Origin: an uncultured virus (IMG/VR IMGVR_UViG_3300046455_000579)
Lineage: Duplodnaviria > Heunggongvirae > Uroviricota > Caudoviricetes
Direction: 5' to 3' (one strand)
IMG/VR virus record: IMGVR_UViG_3300046455_000579
Length of the DNA stretch: 20,000 nucleotides
Of the stretch, positions 15,867-20,000 are shown piece by piece (positions within the stretch are counted from its first letter, which is position 1; each line of letters starts with the position of its first letter). Both the position numbers and the translations under genes were made by a program. The notes under the pieces were generated by a model that searched no databases, was not told the DNA's origin, and worked only from the letters and a program-made list of their open reading frames with translations.

Positions 15867-15903
15867 GGCCCGGCAGCGCGCCCCCAGCGCCTGCCGGGCC
15901 TTC
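15867..15903 (+). terminator. Hairpin terminator after the peptide gene
   Basis: GGCCCGGCAG (15867-15876) / CTGCCGGGCC (15891-15900) followed by TTC. Confidence 0.6.
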
Positions 15904-15950
15904 GTAGTACCCGGGGGAACGTCAGCCGGATTCTGCGGCAGCGTAGAGAC

Positions 15951-16394
15951 ATGGCCCCTTCCCCCAGCCCCAAGCGCCCCGCCGAGGAATCCAACCTCGT
16001 CGCCCACGCACGCCGCGAACTCCGCATCATCGGCGAAGACTCCGACACCATCACCGGCCTGTGCCGCGTCATCCGCGCCTTCGCCGACATGGGGCACTCC
16101 GGGAGCAGCGCCCACTTCGCCAGCCTCTACCTCGACAAGCTCCTGCGCTACCAGCCGCTCTCCGAACTCACCGACGACCCCGCCGAGTGGATCGACCGGC
16201 ACGCCGAGGGCTTGACGCCCACTCCGCTCTGGCAGTCCCACCGGAACCCAGAAGCCTTCTCCTCCAACGGCGGCAAGACGTACTACCTGCTCTCCGAGCA
16301 GGAAGCGGCTGGGAACATCGCCACGACGCCTCTTCACCGCTCCAAGTCCGCAGACCTTCCTGCCGAGTCGGACGAGCCGGCGGACGACGTCTGA
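15951..16394 (+). CDS. Conserved phage-type hypothetical protein, 147 aa
   Basis: SNLVAHARREL..F...GHSGSSA..L...PLS.LT....EW..QS.R...FS pattern recalled from phage hypothetical proteins; high GC3. Confidence 0.75.
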   Translation: MAPSPSPKRPAEESNLVAHARRELRIIGEDSDTITGLCRVIRAFADMGHSGSSAHFASLYLDKLLRYQPLSELTDDPAEWIDRHAEGLTPTPLWQSHRNPEAFSSNGGKTYYLLSEQEAAGNIATTPLHRSKSADLPAESDEPADDV

Positions 16395-16636
16395 TGGCCA
16401 GCGAGACGGTCACCTTGCCCATCGCCGAGTTCAACGTCAGCGGCCCTGCCCTGTTCTACCTATGCACACAGGAATACGACGGCGGTCAGACCATTCGACG
16501 CGTCGACCTCAGCGCTGCTGAAGGCATCCGCGAGCGCGCCATATGCCGGGCCCTCCTCCACCACGCCCTGGCTCTCCTGGACGCCACCGAACCCGCACGC
16601 CGAGCGCCCGTCGGCGTCGAAGACCGGAGGCACTGA
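16394..16636 (+). CDS. Hypothetical protein, 80 aa
   Basis: TGATG coupling at both ends. Confidence 0.7.
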   Translation: MASETVTLPIAEFNVSGPALFYLCTQEYDGGQTIRRVDLSAAEGIRERAICRALLHHALALLDATEPARRAPVGVEDRRH

Positions 16637-17073
16637 TGGCCAAGCATCCGAACAGCGAACGCCGCGAAGCTGTCTGCGCCTGGCTCACTGCCAACGGCAT
16701 CAACCCAAAGCACGTCCCCGCCGACGCCGACATGATCATCAGCGAAGGCACCGGCGGTCGCTTCCTGTGCTGCGAAGTATTCGACCTCACCACCGACGGC
16801 CACCGCCAGGTCGATGAACACGGCACCGGTGTCGCCGTCACGGTCATCGCCATGCCCATGAAGGTCGAACCTCCCTCGTGGTGGAAGCCGTACGAGAAAC
16901 CCACCCGCGACCAGCTCCTGGACGTCGTAGAACAGATCCGGAAACTCGCCCCAGCGTTCGAGTACGAAGCCACCGCTGTCGGCCTGGCAGAACCCGCCCG
17001 TGAAGTACTGCGGGACGCGTCACGCCGCATTCGGACCGTCCTGAACACCTTGCCCGAGAAGGGGCCACTCTGA
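16636..17073 (+). CDS. Hypothetical protein, 145 aa
   Basis: GGAGG RBS; TGATG coupling; VCAWLTANGINPKHVP. Confidence 0.75.
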   Translation: MAKHPNSERREAVCAWLTANGINPKHVPADADMIISEGTGGRFLCCEVFDLTTDGHRQVDEHGTGVAVTVIAMPMKVEPPSWWKPYEKPTRDQLLDVVEQIRKLAPAFEYEATAVGLAEPAREVLRDASRRIRTVLNTLPEKGPL

Positions 17074-17180
17074 TGGATCCCGGCGTGAGCGATCCCTGGG
17101 TTCCGGACCGCGGGCCTGTCGGCGGCAGCCCCCATACCTGCATGTACCAGACCAACCCCGAACCCGGCTGCGGCACATAA
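17073..17180 (+). CDS. Possible microprotein or gene remnant, 35 aa
   Basis: TGATG coupling and AAGGGG RBS; ends at the terminator; no recognisable motif. Confidence 0.3.
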   Translation: MDPGVSDPWVPDRGPVGGSPHTCMYQTNPEPGCGT

Positions 17181-17217
17181 AGAAAGGGGCCCGCCGCTCC
17201 GTAGAACGACGAGCCCC
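17179..17217 (-). terminator. Intrinsic terminator of the right-hand - strand operon
   Basis: On - strand GGGGCTCGTCGTTC-TACG-GAGCGGCGGGCCCC-TTTCTTT: 14-bp stem with G-U pairs, C(UACG)G tetraloop, U-tract. Confidence 0.8.
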
Positions 17218-17257
17218 ACTTCCTGGCGCCCCCTCATGTGGACGATCACCGTACGCC

Positions 17258-17911
17258 TCACTGCCGGTACGGCGGAAGAACCTGCGCCACCCGCGACGCC
17301 AGCGCCTTCTTCGCCGCCCTGGACCGGGCCGTCGGCGCCCCCCTCAGCACCGGTACGAGCACCTCAGAACCCAGCACGTGCACCAGTCCGGCCCGGCCCG
17401 CCACACTGGCCTGCAACCGACCGCCCGCCACCGGAGACCCGTACACCACCAGGACCGGCCACACCGCCCCCTCCGGCAGCCCCAACAGCTTGGCCACCGT
17501 CCCCGCATACCGGGCCACCTTCTCCACCTCCCCATGCCGGTCCTCGCCACCGCAGTGAACCCGGCCGGCCACCACACGGGTCGGCCATGACCGACGCCAC
17601 GCCTTCGTGTCCAGCACCACGACCGCGGTCCCGCACGGGGAGACGAGGACGTGGTCCAGGTTCGCGCGTCCGTGGCCCGGTAATCGCCGGTCGTGGAGGA
17701 CCCGCCAGCCGTGCCAGCGCAGCCGACGTAACCGGCGGGCCGTCTCCCGCTCCGCCTTGGCGCCGCGGTCCCAGCGGGCCGCCACAGCGTCCGCACGCAC
17801 CGCATCCGGGTTCATCCCCGCCCAGGCCGTGACACGCCGCCACAGGCCCCGCCGGGCGCGCGCACGGATCGCCGCAGCCTCCCGCGCCGCCGACCCACCA
17901 GCCGCCGTCAC
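17258..17911 (-). CDS. NERD (nuclease-related domain) protein, 217 aa
   Basis: GAKAERETA..GWRVLHDRRLPG..NLDHVLVSP.G..VVVLDTK: NERD / PD-(D/E)xK signature; GTGA coupling. Confidence 0.85.
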   Translation of the reverse strand: MTAAGGSAAREAAAIRARARRGLWRRVTAWAGMNPDAVRADAVAARWDRGAKAERETARRLRRLRWHGWRVLHDRRLPGHGRANLDHVLVSPCGTAVVVLDTKAWRRSWPTRVVAGRVHCGGEDRHGEVEKVARYAGTVAKLLGLPEGAVWPVLVVYGSPVAGGRLQASVAGRAGLVHVLGSEVLVPVLRGAPTARSRAAKKALASRVAQVLPPYRQ

Positions 17912-18204
17912 TGGCCCGTCCCCGTCTGCTTCAGCCAAGCCCCCAGAGACGCGTGCAGCTCGGCCACCTGCGCCCGCGAGAGCAGCGCATCCTCCGAGTG
18001 GATCGACAACCGCAGCCACGGCCACGGCACCCCGTCCTCCGGCTGGTCGTCGCGGCCGTCCCGGGTGACGTGCGACGGGATCTTCGCCACCTGCACGGAC
18101 CAGCCTTCGTCCCGCTGGTCGTCCTCGTGCGGAAGGACGTGAGACCCCTGGTATGCGTACGGAGGATCGTCCTCGAGGTCGAAGACCGTTGCCCAGATAC
18201 TCAC
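17908..18204 (-). CDS. Hypothetical protein, 98 aa
   Basis: GGAGAG RBS; coupled at both ends; PYAYQGSHVLP..PWLRL. Confidence 0.75.
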   Translation of the reverse strand: MSIWATVFDLEDDPPYAYQGSHVLPHEDDQRDEGWSVQVAKIPSHVTRDGRDDQPEDGVPWPWLRLSIHSEDALLSRAQVAELHASLGAWLKQTGTGQ

Positions 18205-18344
18205 CGGCTCTCCACCAGTTCCTCGACTACGGCGTCCGTCTGCAGGAGGGACGGCAGGCGAGCCTCTGCGCGCCGACACAGGATGCCGAACCGCACCACG
18301 GCGGCGACGGCTACGACAGCAAGGGCGATCCACAACATCAGCAT
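18201..18344 (-). CDS. Single-TM microprotein, 47 aa (not in ORF track)
   Basis: MLMLWIALAVVAVAAVVRFGIL..; overlaps both neighbours; AAGGGGG RBS. Confidence 0.65.
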   Translation of the reverse strand: MLMLWIALAVVAVAAVVRFGILCRRAEARLPSLLQTDAVVEELVESR

Positions 18345-19048
18345 CCCGGCGCCCCCTTCCGCGCCAGCCACTCACCGCAGTACGCCTGCGCCAGCTTGTC
18401 CGCGCTGCCTCCCGGAATCGTGCCGCCGAGCACGATGCCCAACGCCCCCTGCAGGCCGAGGATCTCGCCCCGCACGTTCTCCACCACAGACTGCCGGGCC
18501 TCCGGATCCGCCTGCAGAGCCGTGAGGCGTTCCATCCGCCGGTAGATTTCCGTGCAGATGTTGTTCGCGGCCACGTTCGCCTGACTGTCCCGCGCCCGGT
18601 CCATGGCCTCGAGCAGCCGGTCCGCGTAGTCCGTGGCCACGCCGTGCGGGGAGCAGAAGTCCCGCATCTCACCGGCGAACTTGCGGGCCGCCTCCATCTC
18701 CGCCCGGAGCAGCTTGTTCTCCCCGCACAGCAGGTCGATGTTCGGGCCAGCCACCTCGGCGACCTTCTCGTCTGTGAGCAGCCGAAGCCGCTCCTGCAGC
18801 CGGTCCGCACGCTCCCCGTTCTCGATCGCCCGGTCCGCGTACTGCGCTGCCAGCCGCACCGCATGACCATCTGACTCGCTGGCGGCCACCAGCACCTTCA
18901 TTCGCTCCATCTCACGGTCCCGAACGGCGAGGATGGCGTCGGCGTGACGCTGATAGTCGTGCGGCTCGAGGTGCTCGTACTGGAATCCGTCTGCTTCAGC
19001 GCAGGCCTTCCGGATCTGTTCGCGGAGTTCTGCCTGGGCGTCGCTCAT
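18338..19048 (-). CDS. Phage-like coiled-coil hypothetical protein, 236 aa
   Basis: AAGGAG RBS; ATGA coupling; ADAILAVRDREMER. Confidence 0.75.
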   Translation of the reverse strand: MSDAQAELREQIRKACAEADGFQYEHLEPHDYQRHADAILAVRDREMERMKVLVAASESDGHAVRLAAQYADRAIENGERADRLQERLRLLTDEKVAEVAGPNIDLLCGENKLLRAEMEAARKFAGEMRDFCSPHGVATDYADRLLEAMDRARDSQANVAANNICTEIYRRMERLTALQADPEARQSVVENVRGEILGLQGALGIVLGGTIPGGSADKLAQAYCGEWLARKGAPGC

Positions 19049-19242
19049 GCTGCTCCTTCGATGGGGGTGGGGTTCCAGGTGTCGGGTCCGGGGATGGTCT
19101 GGACGCGGCGGCCGCGGTGTCGGGTGGGCCAGATACGGCCGACCGGTTTGCCGCTCTTGGGGCAGTCGCCGTGCCGGTAGAGGCGGCCGTTCCCTGCGAG
19201 GCCGACCTGGCGGTGGCAGCCGGGGCAGGGGATACGGATCAC
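19045..19242 (-). CDS. Small Zn-finger-like protein, 65 aa
   Basis: CPGC..H..CP.SG; coupled at both ends. Confidence 0.7.
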   Translation of the reverse strand: MIRIPCPGCHRQVGLAGNGRLYRHGDCPKSGKPVGRIWPTRHRGRRVQTIPGPDTWNPTPIEGAA

Positions 19243-19475
19243 GGGGCGGCCTTCCGGTGCCGGGCGGCCGCCGTACGCTGCCGGCGGACCTGTCGGCCAC
19301 GGAGGACGCCCTCAGCCATGTCGGATATCAGGCCGGCCACCACGACCAGGGCGACGACCACCAGCGGAGGCATGTCGGTGCGCCCGGTGAACGCGTACCA
19401 GCAGGCCCCGAACGCGGTGCCGGCGGCGATGTAGAGGAGGGTGCACAGGATGGCGGGGAGGTATCGGCGGGACAT
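19239..19475 (-). CDS. Small two-TM membrane protein, 78 aa
   Basis: GGAGG RBS; two hydrophobic segments and a basic tail. Confidence 0.7.
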   Translation of the reverse strand: MSRRYLPAILCTLLYIAAGTAFGACWYAFTGRTDMPPLVVVALVVVAGLISDMAEGVLRGRQVRRQRTAAARHRKAAP

Positions 19476-19577
19476 GAGCCCTCCACAGGGCGTGATGTGA
19501 CAGTGGGTAGTTGTCCGCCCGTAGGCAGTGCCGAATGTGTCCGATTACAGGCCGGATTCGGGCGCAGAGAGTAAACG

Positions 19578-20000
19578 TCAGTCGTAGTCGTGGCCGACGT
19601 CAGTCAGGTCTCGGTAGCTGGGGTACCGCTGACGCAGGCTGATCACGTGGCTGGCGAGCGGCTCCTCGTAGCGGAACAACTCAGTGCCAGGCACGCGCAG
19701 GGCGCTGAACTGGATGTGTCGCTGATTCTCTTCGGAGCGGTCCCCAGGCTCAGCAACCAGAAGTCGGACACGGCCAGTCGCAGACAAGGATCGGAAGCGC
19801 CCGCTGGCGGTCCGGGTCGTTCCGATCTTGATGTAATCCGGGTTCTGCCGTGTGGTCACGTAGTAGACGCAGCCGAGCACCTCTGCATCGCCCGGATCGG
19901 CACTGCTCTGCTGAGGAGACAGCTTGACCCGCTTCGTGACCCTGGGCCCGCTCTGCTTCTTCGACCTGGTGACAACGCCCTTGCTGGTCCACGTGGTCGG
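19578..20000 (-). CDS. GIY-YIG superfamily (T5orf172-like) domain protein, probably 5'-partial
   Basis: VYYV..YIKIGTT....R..L..L....G....E...H..F...R....ELF; frame has no stop from 19880 to the window edge. Confidence 0.75.
   Translation of the reverse strand, partial: PTTWTSKGVVTRSKKQSGPRVTKRVKLSPQQSSADPGDAEVLGCVYYVTTRQNPDYIKIGTTRTASGRFRSLSATGRVRLLVAEPGDRSEENQRHIQFSALRVPGTELFRYEEPLASHVISLRQRYPSYRDLTDVGHDYD

Larger units (their letters stand above)
1..20000. mobile_element. Segment of an actinomycete plasmid/prophage-like element (replication module plus accessory cassettes); ends not in window
   Basis: Phage-type replication initiator, dense small coupled hypothetical ORFs (ATGA/GTGA/TGATG overlaps), ASCH, HIT, NERD and GIY-YIG genes; no core chromosomal genes; no integrase or att site visible. 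Confidence 0.8.

Noticed and set aside
19239..19475. Holin
   Set aside because: Two TM segments fit, but there is no endolysin or virion gene nearby
1..20000. IS element, integrase, att site or tRNA
   Set aside because: No transposase or recombinase motifs, terminal inverted repeats or cloverleaf recognised

Overview
High-GC (visually ~70%) actinobacterial, most likely Streptomyces-type, mobile-element DNA (plasmid, prophage or phage-plasmid accessory arm). It contains no housekeeping, rRNA, tRNA, CRISPR or virion genes. Left end: a small putative DNA-binding protein, a phage-type HTH replication initiator with an iteron-like array inside its coding sequence, and a coupled HPD/J-domain protein. 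Positions ~2-7.6 kb are a mosaic of small cassettes with recurring regulatory parts: four TGTCAG-N10-(-10) promoters resembling the PafBC/RecA-NDp DNA-damage motif, two housekeeping-type promoters sharing a 20-bp operator-like sequence, and duplicated terminator hairpins. Positions ~7.7-14.2 kb are a long, mostly translationally coupled + strand run of phage-like hypothetical genes (many with Cys-pair Zn motifs, a DUF6221-like protein, ASCH, HIT). At 14.2-15.9 kb is the most notable unit: a TrmB-like/LuxR-HTH regulator divergent from a secreted 81-aa pro-peptide with three (D/G)TAWG repeats, a candidate peptide communication system. The right end is a convergent - strand operon with a NERD nuclease, small membrane proteins and a partial GIY-YIG (T5orf172-like) gene. 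Family calls come from motif recognition only, since no searches were run.
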